Below are positions 19,025 to 29,248 of a stretch of 64,000 nucleotides of DNA, piece after piece. Origin of the DNA: an uncultured delta proteobacterium (GTDB taxonomy: Bacteria > Myxococcota_A > UBA9160 > SZUA-336); the NCBI GenBank assembly GCA_963704165.1, contig CAVPHD010000001.1, positions 637,072-701,071 of the forward strand. The letters are read 5' to 3'. The notes under the pieces are model-generated. The model was not told the origin of the DNA, made no database searches, and saw only the letters and a list, made by a program, of their open reading frames with translations. The first letter of the stretch is position 1. Each line of letters starts with the position of its first letter. Position numbers and translations under genes: made by a program.

Positions 19025-21442
19025 GTGGGCTTCCGCTGCGATCCCGCGACCCTGGCGCGTCTCGAGTGGCAGCGTCTGCTCGATTGTCTCGCCGCCCAAG
19101 CTGCGACCGCGCGCGGCGCCGAATCGCTGCGCGCCGGTACCTTCGCCGCTACGCACGGAAGTGTACGCGAGCGGCTCGCGGAGACCAGCGAGGCGAGGGA
19201 GCTCGTCGATCTGGGACGCGAGCCGGGCTTCGGCGGCGTCGCCGACCTGCGCGCCGAGATCAGCGATCTCGCACGCGGACGCACGCTTCACGCGGGCGAG
19301 CTCGCGAAGCTCCTCGCGACGCTCGAGGCCTCGCGGCGCGTCCGCGAATCGCTCACGGCGAGTGCCGCGATCGCCCCGCGCCTCGCATCGCTCGCCGGTA
19401 CGCTTCCCGATCTGCGCGCGCTCGAACACTCGATCGCGCGCGTCATCACGCCCGCGGGCGAGATCCGCGAGGACGCGAGCCCGGACCTGCGCCGACTGCG
19501 CCGCCACGTCCGCGATCTCGAGGGCGAGATCGAGCGCCAGATGGCCCGACACCTGCGGGATCCCGAGCTGCAGGCGCATTTCCAGGACTCCTACTCGACG
19601 TTCCGTGAGGGCCGGCCGGTTCTGCCCGTTCGCGTCGATGCGCGCCAGCGGGTGCGAGGGATCGTACACGACGTCTCATCGAGCGGAACGACGGTCTTCA
19701 TTGAGCCGGCCGAGGTGGTCGAGGTCGGCAATCGCCTGCGTCTCGCGCAGACCGAGCTCACGCGTGAAATCGAGCGACTCCTGCGCGAGCTCTGCGAGTC
19801 GGCGCGTGCGTGCCGGCTCGAGCTCGAGGGCATGGGCGCCACGCTCGAGGCGCTCGACGTCGCGCTCGCGCGCGGGCGTCTGTCGCGGAAGTCGCTCGGA
19901 GTCGCGCCCGACGTATCGCCGGACGCGGAGCTCGACCTGCGCGGATTTCGCCACCCACTGCTCCTGCTCGAAACCGGGCTCGCGCCCGAGGACGTCGTTC
20001 CGAACGACCTCGCGCTCGTCGGTGGCGCGCGCTGTCTCGTCATCTCGGGACCGAATGCGGGCGGGAAGACCGTCGCGGCCAAGGCCGTCGGCCTCGCCGT
20101 CCTCTCGATCCGGGCCGGCCTGCACGTCGCCTGCGATCCGGGCAGCCGCGTGCCGATTCTCGACGCCGTCTTCGCGGACATCGGCGACGAGCAGGACCTG
20201 CGCTCGGGGCTCTCGACCTTCTCGGCGCGGATGGCGAACCTCGCTTCGATCGTCGAGCAAGCGGATGCGCGGACGCTCGTGATCGCCGACGAGATCGGTG
20301 AGGGAACCGAGCCCGGCGAGGGTGCCGCGCTCGCGCAGGCGATCCTCGAAGCGCTCGTCGCGAAGGGCACCTTCGTGCTCGCGACCACGCACTTCAACCG
20401 GCTGAAGGAGTTGGCGGGCGCCGAATCCGCGTTCCTGAATGCGAGTGCCGAGTTCGACTTCACCACGCTGCTTCCCACGTTCAAGATCCACCAGGGTCAG
20501 CCGGGCTCGAGCGGCGCGATGTGGGCAGCCCAGCGAATGGGGCTGGCCGATCCCGTGGTCGAACGCGCGCGCGAGCTCCTCGATCGCGAGGACTCGCGCC
20601 TCGAGGCGCTCACGCGCGGCCTCTCGGAGCTGCGCCAGGAGCTCGAGTCGGAGAGGATCGAGGCGCTCCGCATGCGCGCAGAGAGCGAGACCGTGCGCGC
20701 CGCCTACGAATCCCGACTCGCGTCGCTGCGAAGCGCCCGAGAGCAGGCGCTCGCGGCGATGAAGGCGGATCTCGAGAGCGCGTTTGCGCGCGCGCGCGCC
20801 GAGATCGCGCACGTGGTTCACGGGTTGCAACGCGGTGACGGCGCGGCGTCGCCGGAACGCGGTCGCGCAGCCAACGCCGCGCAGAAGGCACTCGGGCGGA
20901 TTCGCGAGCGAACCGCCTCCGTCGAGCGCGCGCACGCGGAGGAGCCAGCTCCCGGCCCGCCGCAGGAGGTCGATCTCGGAGCGCTCGTGACCGGCGTCCG
21001 CGTGGAGATCGCCGGGATCGGCGGCACGGCCGTCGTCATCGAGGCACCCGATCGCCGCGGTCGAGTGGCGGTGCGAATCGGCGGCGTGCGGACGGTCGTC
21101 CCTGCCGCGCGGATCGCGCGCGTGTTCGCGGAGCCGACGGGTCCGGAGCGGACGCCGCTGCGGATATCGGTCGAGCGCGCGAACGAAGACGAGCCGAGCC
21201 GGATCGACTGCGATCTCCGCGGGATGCGCGTCGACGAAGCGATGGAGCGCGCCGACTCCGCGCTGCAGCGGCTGCTCGGACGCGGCGGCGGACGCGTCGT
21301 CTTCATCCACGGACACGGAACGGGCGCATTGCGAAACGCGATCCGCGCGTGGCTGCGGCTCGCGCCCGGCGTCGAGAGCTTCGCGCCCGGCGAACCGCGC
21401 GAGGGCGGAAACGGCGTGACCGTCGCTACGATCGCGGACTGA
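19025..21442 (+). CDS. mutS2: Endonuclease MutS2
   Basis: GIVHDVSSSGTTVFIEP, SGPNAGGKT, DIGDEQ..SGLSTFS, C-terminal Smr (DLRGMR, IHGHGTGALR, GGNGVT). Confidence 0.93.
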   Translation: MGFRCDPATLARLEWQRLLDCLAAQAATARGAESLRAGTFAATHGSVRERLAETSEARELVDLGREPGFGGVADLRAEISDLARGRTLHAGELAKLLATLEASRRVRESLTASAAIAPRLASLAGTLPDLRALEHSIARVITPAGEIREDASPDLRRLRRHVRDLEGEIERQMARHLRDPELQAHFQDSYSTFREGRPVLPVRVDARQRVRGIVHDVSSSGTTVFIEPAEVVEVGNRLRLAQTELTREIERLLRELCESARACRLELEGMGATLEALDVALARGRLSRKSLGVAPDVSPDAELDLRGFRHPLLLLETGLAPEDVVPNDLALVGGARCLVISGPNAGGKTVAAKAVGLAVLSIRAGLHVACDPGSRVPILDAVFADIGDEQDLRSGLSTFSARMANLASIVEQADARTLVIADEIGEGTEPGEGAALAQAILEALVAKGTFVLATTHFNRLKELAGAESAFLNASAEFDFTTLLPTFKIHQGQPGSSGAMWAAQRMGLADPVVERARELLDREDSRLEALTRGLSELRQELESERIEALRMRAESETVRAAYESRLASLRSAREQALAAMKADLESAFARARAEIAHVVHGLQRGDGAASPERGRAANAAQKALGRIRERTASVERAHAEEPAPGPPQEVDLGALVTGVRVEIAGIGGTAVVIEAPDRRGRVAVRIGGVRTVVPAARIARVFAEPTGPERTPLRISVERANEDEPSRIDCDLRGMRVDEAMERADSALQRLLGRGGGRVVFIHGHGTGALRNAIRAWLRLAPGVESFAPGEPREGGNGVTVATIAD

Positions 21443-22721
21443 GCGAGCAGACCTCGGCCGCCGCTCGCAGCCCGGACGCGAGCGCGCCTTCGACGTGCGG
21501 CGCAACGAGCCAATCGCCGGCGAGAAAGACCCGCCGCTCGGGCCTCTGGCTCGCCGCCGTACGAAGGCTCTCGAGCGCGCGGTAGTGGCCGACCGAGAAC
21601 GACGGGAGCGATTCGGGGAAGCGATGCAAGCGCTGCGCATCGATCCCGCGGGCGAGGCCGGGAATCACGCGAGCGGCGGACTCGATCAGGAAGTGCGCGA
21701 TCTCGTCGTCGGACCGAGCACCGTGACGCGCGTGCAGGCTCGGGCGCGCGACGAGCTGCAGGAGCCGCGGACTCGACGGCTCCGCGGGCGTTGCATCGAT
21801 CACTCCCGCGAGCTCGCCGCCTTCGCGTTCGGGAACGCAGACCACGCGGGCGGGCGGATCGACACCGAGTCGTGTCGCGAGCGCGAGCACCAGGGCGGAG
21901 CCGGTTCCGAGACCCGCCGCGGCTGAACGCTCGACGGGCGAGGGCTCGGGCCACAAACGCATCGCCTCGGACGAGCCGACCGCGAGCACGATCGCGTCCG
22001 CCGCCAAGCGCTCGCCGCTCGCGAGCCGAGCACCGCACCCGTCGGCGTCGAGCGAGATGACGCTTTCGCCGAACCGGATCCCGGCAACGCGATCGGCGAG
22101 CGCATCGACGAGTGCGGAGGCACCCCGGAGCTGATCGAGTCCGATGCACGCGCGCCCGTCGAAGAGCGAGAACAAGAGCTGCCGGCTCGTCCGTGCGGCA
22201 TCGACGCCGAAGATCGTCGCGACGAGCGGCGCGAGAAATCGCTCGAGCACACGACGTCCGAGGTACACGCGAGAGAAGTCGGCGACGCTGCGATCGTCGA
22301 GCCGCGTCGCGCGCTCGGGCGCATCCGGATCGATCTCGGAGCCGAGCCAGCTCTGCAGCAGAGCCAGTCGGCGCAGTCGGGGCGCCGCCAGTGGCGAGCC
22401 GCGCATCCGCTCGTAGAGGTCCGTCGATCCAGTCCGCACGCGGCCCTCGCGAAGCCAGCCGACGCGTGCGAGCGGCGTGCGATCGAGAGCGAGGCCGAGC
22501 TCGGCTGCGAGCGCCGAGCACGCGCGGGAAGCTCGCGGCAGGAAGCCCGGCCATGCCTCGTAGGCGACGCCGGCGAGCGTGTCTCGCGCGTGCTTGCCAC
22601 CCGCGCGCGCGCTTGCCTCGAGCACGCAGACGTCATGGCCCGAAGCGCGCAGCCGTTCCGCGGCCGCGAGACCCGCGAGCCCCGCGCCGACGACGAGCAC
22701 ACGGAGGCTCGCTGCGCTCAT
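21426..22721 (-). CDS. FAD-dependent oxidoreductase (HemY/amine oxidase-like)
   Basis: VVGAGLAGL..E....GG, LAGDW...VEGALASG. Confidence 0.8.
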   Translation of the reverse strand: MSAASLRVLVVGAGLAGLAAAERLRASGHDVCVLEASARAGGKHARDTLAGVAYEAWPGFLPRASRACSALAAELGLALDRTPLARVGWLREGRVRTGSTDLYERMRGSPLAAPRLRRLALLQSWLGSEIDPDAPERATRLDDRSVADFSRVYLGRRVLERFLAPLVATIFGVDAARTSRQLLFSLFDGRACIGLDQLRGASALVDALADRVAGIRFGESVISLDADGCGARLASGERLAADAIVLAVGSSEAMRLWPEPSPVERSAAAGLGTGSALVLALATRLGVDPPARVVCVPEREGGELAGVIDATPAEPSSPRLLQLVARPSLHARHGARSDDEIAHFLIESAARVIPGLARGIDAQRLHRFPESLPSFSVGHYRALESLRTAASQRPERRVFLAGDWLVAPHVEGALASGLRAAAEVCSLSPRS

Positions 22722-22754
22722 CGCCGCGTCGAACTCCGCCCGAACCCCACGCGC

Positions 22755-23291
22755 TCAGGCGGGCGCGAGCGATACATCGACGTCGAGCCGCCCGCCGCTC
22801 TCTTCGAGCGCCTTCGCGAGCCGGGCCGGGTCGAGCGACTGCGGCACCTCCGCCAACACGTTCAAGCGATAGAGCGCGGCTCCGGAAGGAGAGGGCACGG
22901 AGCTCGACCGCAGGTCGGCGATGTTCACCTGGAAGTTGGCGAGCGTCCGACAGATCCCCGCCACGATCCCCGCGCGGTCCATGCCCTGCGCCTCGATCGC
23001 GTAGAGCCGCGTACCGGGTGCCGGAACCGGCGGACGTGGCTCGCCTTCGAGCGGTCGCACGAAGACGGTGAGCCGGTTCTCCCACTCGAGCCGCCGTCCA
23101 CCGCTCGTCAAGCGCTGCTCGAGCTCTGGCGATGGCCCCGAGCAGAGAAGGATCGCGGCGAACTCGTTGCCGAGAAGCGTCATCCGCGAGTCTTCGAGGT
23201 TCGCCTCGCAGTCGAAGACGAGCTGGGCGAGATCCGCGACGATGCCCGGCCGATCGCGCCCTACGGCCGAGACGATGAACCACTTCCGCAC
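22755..23291 (-). CDS. GcvR-like double ACT-domain protein
   Basis: GRDRPGIVA..NLEDSRM; second ACT GMDRAGIVA..NIADL. Confidence 0.85.
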   Translation of the reverse strand: MRKWFIVSAVGRDRPGIVADLAQLVFDCEANLEDSRMTLLGNEFAAILLCSGPSPELEQRLTSGGRRLEWENRLTVFVRPLEGEPRPPVPAPGTRLYAIEAQGMDRAGIVAGICRTLANFQVNIADLRSSSVPSPSGAALYRLNVLAEVPQSLDPARLAKALEESGGRLDVDVSLAPA

Positions 23292-23500
23292 GCGCGTTCT
23301 CCCGTGTTCGAGTCGAGGGCGATTGTACGTTACGGCGCGTGCGGTGACGCGCATCGTCCCCGGAAGCCGCAAAAAGGGGCCTTGTTGCGTATCGCACACA
23401 GGTCATTTGCGAGCGGGTGACCTCGGGGTCCGGCCGCGTGTCGGATCGTTCTCTCGCAGGATCCGCAGGCTCCCTCGGGAGCTGCGCGCGCGATCCGCCT

Positions 23501-23516
23501 TGGCACATCGATTGCT
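23501..23516 (+). promoter_or_regulatory. sigma54 (-24/-12) promoter
   Basis: TGGCACATCGATTGCT matches TGGCAC-N5-TTGC with exact GG/GC spacing. Confidence 0.75.
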
Positions 23517-23526
23517 CAACCAAGGG

Positions 23527-23616
23527 GTGCCCGCGGCTCGTTGCCTCGGGCATGGGAGTGCCCGGGCCGGAAACCCCTCCCCTCGCACTGTGCGAGGTTC
23601 CGGCCCGGGCTTTCTC
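23527..23616 (+). ncRNA. Candidate sigma54-dependent small RNA (about 90 nt) or structured leader
   Basis: Starts about 12 nt after the -12 GC. Hairpin TGCCCG..CGGGCA, then a 13-bp stem GCCCGGGCCGGAA/TTCCGGCCCGGGC enclosing an ACCCCTCC bulge and a CCTCGCAC/GTGCGAGG hairpin, followed by TTTCT. Confidence 0.55.
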
Positions 23617-23690
23617 ACCTCAAGAGGTCCGGGGCGCGCGAATCCACGCGCGCTCTCGACCTGCGAGCTCGAAGTGCCGAACCTGTAGGG

Positions 23691-24956
23691 GTGACGACTT
23701 CGGGTTCCGTTCCGCTCGAGGCACGCTCGGACGGCGTGCGACGGGCGATCGTCCTGTCGGGCGGTGGCGCGCGCGGCGCGTACGAAGCGGGCGTGCTGCG
23801 CTTCGTGCTCGGCGAGCTGCCGCGGCGGCTCGGCTGGATGCCGCGCTTCGACGTCTATTCGGGTACCTCCGTCGGGGCGGTGCACACCTGCCACCTCGCG
23901 GCGATGTCCGATGATCCCGAGGCGGGTGTGCGGGCGCTCGTCGAAGTCTGGCGCAAGATGTCGTTCTCGACCGTGTACCGATTCGGTGTCGGGGACGCGT
24001 GGGGTTTCTCGAAGACGTTGCTCGGGTTCGTCACGGGCCGGGCCGTCGGAGTCGGCGAGAACAGCGATCGCGTCCACGGGCTGCTCGACACGGCGCCGCT
24101 CGAGCGCCTGGTCGTCGAGGAGATTCCGTGGCGGCGGCTGCGCCAGAACCGCCGTGCGGGACGCTTCTCTGCGGTCTGCATCAGCGCGACCGAGATCGCG
24201 ACCGGGCGCACGGTCACGTTCGTCGATCACCGCGATCGCTCGGTTCCGACCTGGACGAACGACGAGATGCACGTCGCGGTGCCCGCCCGCATGGCACCCG
24301 AGCACGCGCTCGCCTCGGCGGCCATTCCGTTCCTGTTCCCCGCCGTGCGCATCGGCGAGACGTACTTCTGCGACGGCAGCCTGCGCCAGCAGACACCGCT
24401 CGCGCCCGCGCTTCGCCTCGGCTCGAATCGTGTGCTCGCCATCGGCCTGCGCCACTCGCGGACACCCGCGCTCGACGAGCGGCTGGCCGTGGAGCGCATC
24501 GAGCGCATGCACTCGGCCGGTTTCCTCTTCGGAAAGGTCCTGAACGCGCTGCTGATCGACCGACTCGAATACGACCTCGGCCAGATGCGTGTGATGAACC
24601 GAATGCTGCGCGCCGGGGTCGATCTCTGGGGCGAGGAGTATCTCGATCGGATCAACGTGCAGGTCAGAAAAGAGCGGGGCCTCGGCTTCCAGGTCGTCGA
24701 GGACTGCCTGATCCACCCCAGTGAGGACATCGGCGCGATCGCGGCGCGCCACGTCGAGCGCGTTCGCTCGAGTCCGGGTCGAAGCTGGCTCGGCTCGCTC
24801 GCCTTCAACGCGATGACGCGTGGCGCCCCGTCCGACGAGGCCGACCTGATGAGCTATCTGCTCTTCGACGGAGAATACGCAGCCGAGCTGATCGACCTCG
24901 GCTACCGCGATGCCGAAGCGATGGAAGCCGATCTGTTCCGCTTCTTCAGCTCTTGA
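23691..24956 (+). CDS. Patatin-like phospholipase
   Basis: LSGGGARGAYEAG, GTSVG, LASAAIPFLFP, DGS. Confidence 0.9.
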   Translation: MTTSGSVPLEARSDGVRRAIVLSGGGARGAYEAGVLRFVLGELPRRLGWMPRFDVYSGTSVGAVHTCHLAAMSDDPEAGVRALVEVWRKMSFSTVYRFGVGDAWGFSKTLLGFVTGRAVGVGENSDRVHGLLDTAPLERLVVEEIPWRRLRQNRRAGRFSAVCISATEIATGRTVTFVDHRDRSVPTWTNDEMHVAVPARMAPEHALASAAIPFLFPAVRIGETYFCDGSLRQQTPLAPALRLGSNRVLAIGLRHSRTPALDERLAVERIERMHSAGFLFGKVLNALLIDRLEYDLGQMRVMNRMLRAGVDLWGEEYLDRINVQVRKERGLGFQVVEDCLIHPSEDIGAIAARHVERVRSSPGRSWLGSLAFNAMTRGAPSDEADLMSYLLFDGEYAAELIDLGYRDAEAMEADLFRFFSS

Positions 24957-26046
24957 GCTTGATCTCGAGCGATGCGGTTTCGCGGCGGCGCTCGAGAGCG
25001 TGCTCGATCAGCCGGCTCACCAGTTTGGGCAGCGCAATGCCGGTCGCCTCCCAGAGCTTCGGATACATGCTGCCATTGGTGAATCCCGGAAGCGTGTTGA
25101 GCTCGTTCAGATACGGCTTCCCGGTCTTGCGCTCGAGAAAGAAGTCGACGCGCGCCATGCCCCAGCACTTGAGCGCGCGGAACGCCTGCAGCGCGATCGA
25201 GCGCATCTCGTCACTCTGCGCCGACGTGACGTCGGCGGGGATCTGGAGCTGCGTCGACTCGGAGGCGTACTTCGCCTCGTAGTCGTAGAACTCCGACGCG
25301 AAGCGGATCTCGCCGAGGACCGAAGCCCGGGGCTCGAAACCGCCGAGCACGGCGCACTCGACCTCGCGCGCGTCGATGAACGGCTCGACGAGCACGTCGT
25401 GGTCGTAGCGCGACGCGTCCTTGATCGCCGAGACCAGGTGCGCGCGGGAGTGCACCTTGTGCACGCCCACCGACGAGCCGGTGTTCGTCGGCTTCACGAA
25501 CACCGGGTAGGGGAACGCCTCCTCGATGGCGTCGATGAAGCCGCTGGTCGAGCGCTGCGCCTCGTGGCGCGAGATCTCCCTGCACGGGACGATCGGAAGC
25601 CCGGCGTCGCGAAGCACCGACTTGCTGACCACCTTGTCCATGCACAGCGCGGTCGAGAGCACCCCGCACCCGACGTACGGCACGCCGGCGATCTCGAGCA
25701 GACCCTGAAGCGTGCCATCTTCGCCGCCGCGACCGTGGATGATCGGAAAGACCACGTCGAGCGGCTCCGAGAGCGCCGGACCGGCGTCGTCGCGCCGCAG
25801 CAGCTCGAGCCCGGCGCGAAGACCCGCGAAGCTCGTCCGTGACCGCGGATGTCCGATCACGGTCGCGGGCAGAAGCCCGAGATCAGCTTCGGCCACGTGC
25901 CAGCGCCCATCGTGCCCTACACCGATCAGTACCGGAACGTGGTGCGACGGATCGAGCGCCCCGAGAATCGTCGTCGCCGACGTGACGGAGACCTCGTGCT
26001 CCGTCGATCGCCCCCCGAATATGATGCCGACACGCAGCTTCGACAC
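24946..26046 (-). CDS. ddl: D-alanine--D-alanine ligase
   Basis: FGGRSTEHEVS, HGRGGEDG, GSSVG, FYDYEAKY, NELNTLPGFT. Confidence 0.96.
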   Translation of the reverse strand: MSKLRVGIIFGGRSTEHEVSVTSATTILGALDPSHHVPVLIGVGHDGRWHVAEADLGLLPATVIGHPRSRTSFAGLRAGLELLRRDDAGPALSEPLDVVFPIIHGRGGEDGTLQGLLEIAGVPYVGCGVLSTALCMDKVVSKSVLRDAGLPIVPCREISRHEAQRSTSGFIDAIEEAFPYPVFVKPTNTGSSVGVHKVHSRAHLVSAIKDASRYDHDVLVEPFIDAREVECAVLGGFEPRASVLGEIRFASEFYDYEAKYASESTQLQIPADVTSAQSDEMRSIALQAFRALKCWGMARVDFFLERKTGKPYLNELNTLPGFTNGSMYPKLWEATGIALPKLVSRLIEHALERRRETASLEIKLKS

Positions 26047-26115
26047 GACGCGAGAGTAGCAGCGGGCCTCGCGCTGTCATTGACACTCCTCGTCACGCGT
26101 CCGTACCCTGCGCCG

Positions 26116-26973
26116 ATGAGCCGCGCCGCTTCCGACACCTCCGTCTCTGGCGACACCCGCGCCAAAGAAGTGGAGCTTCTGGCGCGCATCGGCGCATCCG
26201 GAACTCTGATCGTCGCGTACTCCGGTGGCGTCGATTCCGCCTATCTGGCCTGGGCCGCGCACCGGGCGCTCGGCCCTCGTGCCGTCGCCGTGACCGCGAT
26301 CTCGCCGTCGTACCCGCGAAGTCACCGCGAGCAGGCGGAGCGAACCGCCCGAGAGGCCGGCTTCCGGCACGAGTGGATCCATACGAACGAGCACCAGAAT
26401 CCCGAGTACGCGCGGAACGCGCCCGACCGCTGTTACTTCTGCAAGAGCGAGCTCTTCGATCTGCTCGAGAAGCTTCGCGCGGAGCGCGGAATCGCGGCGG
26501 TGGCCTACGGGATCAACCGCGACGACACCTCGGACTTCCGTCCCGGTCATCGCGCGGCGCAGGAGCACCACGTGATCTCGCCTCTGCTCGACGTGGGACT
26601 CGGCAAGCTCGAGATCCGGGCACTCTCTTCGGCTGCGGGTCTTTCGACCGCGGACCTGCCCGCGTCGGCGTGTCTCTCGTCGCGCATTCCGTACGGCATG
26701 GAGGTGACGCCCGAGAAGCTCGCGCAGATCGATCGCGCCGAGGATGCGCTGCGCGTGCTCGGGTACCGCCAGCTTCGAGTGCGTCACCACGGAGACCTCG
26801 CGCGCGTGGAGATCGCCCCCGACGAGATGCCCCGCGCGCTCGCGCCCGACGCGCTGCGCGAGATCTCGCGGCGGGTTCACGAAGCGGGCTTTCGCTGGGT
26901 GTCTCTGGACGTGGACGGGTATCGCTCCGGCTCGGCGAACGAGATCCTGCAGATCGCGCCACCCGGCTCATGA
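26116..26973 (+). CDS. larE: ATP-dependent sulfur transferase LarE
   Basis: AYSGGVDS, RCYFCK, DFRPG, ACLSSRIPYG, RVRHH, GYRSGS. Confidence 0.9.
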   Translation: MSRAASDTSVSGDTRAKEVELLARIGASGTLIVAYSGGVDSAYLAWAAHRALGPRAVAVTAISPSYPRSHREQAERTAREAGFRHEWIHTNEHQNPEYARNAPDRCYFCKSELFDLLEKLRAERGIAAVAYGINRDDTSDFRPGHRAAQEHHVISPLLDVGLGKLEIRALSSAAGLSTADLPASACLSSRIPYGMEVTPEKLAQIDRAEDALRVLGYRQLRVRHHGDLARVEIAPDEMPRALAPDALREISRRVHEAGFRWVSLDVDGYRSGSANEILQIAPPGS

Positions 26974-27746
26974 TCGTCCGCGAGCTCACGGCCGAGGGTG
27001 CACCCGTCGAGCAGGGACGCGCTCAGGGTCAGGTCTTCGCCGCTCCGATCGCGCGCGAGCTCGCGCGGCAGCGGCGCACGCTCCCATGGCTCGCGCGGCG
27101 CGCGCTCGTCCGCCGTGTGCGCGAGACGAGCGCCCGTGCGGTCGCGACGCAGCTGCCCTGGCAACGCGAGCGAATCGAGGGAATCGCCTTCGCCGCTCGG
27201 GTGCCGCTCGCCGGGCTCGAGCTCGCCGAAGCGTTCGATCGCGTCCCGGGCGCGGCCTTCGCGGACGGAACGACGCTGCGGGCGGTCTTCGATCTTCCCC
27301 GCGAGCTTCGGGATCTGCTCGTGCTGCGCACGAGCCGGCCCGACGCCGGGGGTTTCCCGAGCGTCGAGCTCGGGCTCGCGCACCTCTCGGGCTGTCTCTG
27401 TGGCGTGAACGCCGAGGGAATCGCCGCGATCTGCGTACGCGACCGTGCGGGAGACGAGCCGTCGCTGCGATTTCTCGCCCAGGAGATCGTGTTCCGCGCC
27501 CGCGACCTCGGTGCCGGCATCGACCACCTGCGCCGGCGTGCGTCCTACACCGGCGGTACCGGCACGCTCGTCGTGGCGGATTCGGGGGGAGAGGCGCGCG
27601 TGCTCGAATTCGAGCGCGGCGCGCTCGAGGTGCGCGACGCACGAGAGCTTCCCAGGCACGCCGCGTCGGCGACGGTCGAGATCGACACCGCATTACGTCG
27701 ACTGACCTGGTCGGGTGAGGAGCGCCGCGAAGCATCGGCGCGCTAG
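26970..27746 (+). CDS. C45 peptidase/acyltransferase-like protein (degenerate)
   Basis: GAPVEQGRAQG, IEGIA.AA, GVNAEGIA; ATGA overlap with larE. Confidence 0.55.
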   Translation: MIVRELTAEGAPVEQGRAQGQVFAAPIARELARQRRTLPWLARRALVRRVRETSARAVATQLPWQRERIEGIAFAARVPLAGLELAEAFDRVPGAAFADGTTLRAVFDLPRELRDLLVLRTSRPDAGGFPSVELGLAHLSGCLCGVNAEGIAAICVRDRAGDEPSLRFLAQEIVFRARDLGAGIDHLRRRASYTGGTGTLVVADSGGEARVLEFERGALEVRDARELPRHAASATVEIDTALRRLTWSGEERREASAR

Positions 27747-27755
27747 AGTCGCGGG

Positions 27756-29147
27756 ATGGGGAAGAGCCCATACCTCGAGGGAAACTTCGCGCCCGTCGAG
27801 CGCGAGATCGAAGCCGAGGACCTGACGATCGCCGGCAAGCTGCCGCCCGAGCTCGACGGGTTCTACCTGCGCAACGGCCCGAACCCGCAGCTCGGCCCGC
27901 TCGGTCGGTATCACTGGCTCGACGGCGACGGCATGCTGCACGGGATCGAGCTACGCGACGGACGTGCGAGCTACCGGAACCGCTGGGTGCGTACGAAAGG
28001 GTTCGAGCTCGAGCGCAAACGCGGCCGAGCGGTCTGGACGGGCATACTCGAGCGCCCGCAGTACGACAGCCCCGACGGCCCGGTCAAGAACACCGCCAAC
28101 ACCGCGCTCGTCGCGCATCACGGGCGCCTGCTCGCACTGCAAGAGCAGGGCGAGCCGTACGAGATCGCGGTACCCGGGCTCGAGACGCGCGGGCCGTACA
28201 CGTTCCGGAAGAAGCTCCGCCACGCGTTCAGCGCGCACCCGAAGATCGACCCGCGCACCGGTGAGATGTTCAGCTTCGGCTACAGCCCGGTCGCGAAGCC
28301 GCACCTGCAGTACTCCGCGATCTCCGCGGACGGCGCGCTCTCGCACACGACCGCGATCGAGCTTCCGATCGGCGTGATGATGCACGACTTCGCGATCACC
28401 GAACGCTTCGCGGTGTTCATGAATCACCCGTACACCTTCGACATCCGTCGCATGCTCCGGGGCGAGCCGATCGCGGCATTCGAGCCGGATCGAGGCTCGC
28501 ACCTGGGCTTGCTGCCGCGGCGCGGATCGGGTGCCGCGATCCGCTGGTTCGCGATCGCGCCCTGCTTCGTCTACCACACCGTGAACGCCTGGGACGACGG
28601 CGACGCGGTCGTGCTCGAGGTCTGTCACCGCCGTTCCCTGCGGATCTCGGGAGAGGACGACGGACCGATCCCGATGAACGAGACCCCCGTTCTGCTGCGC
28701 TGGCGGATCGACCCGGGCCGGGGCGTCGTGCGCGAGGAGCAGCTCGACGACGAGAGCGTCGACCTGCCGCGGATCCACGAGGGCTACGTCGGCCGCCGCG
28801 CGCGCTTCGCGTACGCGGCGCGCTTCCGCCGCGACATCGGCCTGCCGCTCGCTTCGGGGTTGCTGAAGTACGATCTGGTCGCCGGTACGTCGCAGCGCCA
28901 CGAGTACGGTCGCAATCGCAACGGTGGCGAGGCCGTCTTCGTGCCACGGCCAGACGCGCGGGGCGAGGACGACGGCCACCTGCTCTCGCTCGTGCACGAC
29001 GAGGCCGAGGGGCAGAGCGAGCTGCTCGTGATCGACGCGCGCGACTTCGAAGCGGGACCCGTCGCGAGGGTGCTCCTGCCGCAGCGCGTGCCCTACGGCT
29101 TCCACGGCCTCTGGCTCCCGCGCGCCGACCTGGAACGGCAGACCTAG
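27756..29147 (+). CDS. Carotenoid/lignostilbene cleavage dioxygenase (RPE65 family)
   Basis: GNFAPV, RNGPNP, DGDGMLH, SAHPKID, MHDF, RVPYGFHG. Confidence 0.93.
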   Translation: MGKSPYLEGNFAPVEREIEAEDLTIAGKLPPELDGFYLRNGPNPQLGPLGRYHWLDGDGMLHGIELRDGRASYRNRWVRTKGFELERKRGRAVWTGILERPQYDSPDGPVKNTANTALVAHHGRLLALQEQGEPYEIAVPGLETRGPYTFRKKLRHAFSAHPKIDPRTGEMFSFGYSPVAKPHLQYSAISADGALSHTTAIELPIGVMMHDFAITERFAVFMNHPYTFDIRRMLRGEPIAAFEPDRGSHLGLLPRRGSGAAIRWFAIAPCFVYHTVNAWDDGDAVVLEVCHRRSLRISGEDDGPIPMNETPVLLRWRIDPGRGVVREEQLDDESVDLPRIHEGYVGRRARFAYAARFRRDIGLPLASGLLKYDLVAGTSQRHEYGRNRNGGEAVFVPRPDARGEDDGHLLSLVHDEAEGQSELLVIDARDFEAGPVARVLLPQRVPYGFHGLWLPRADLERQT

Positions 29148-29248
29148 CTTTCGCGCGACCTTCGGCGCGAGATCGCCGCGCACTCAAGCTTCGGCCGATT
29201 CGACCGTAGCGAGAACAACGGACGGCCCGACGCCGTCCAAGAGCCCCC

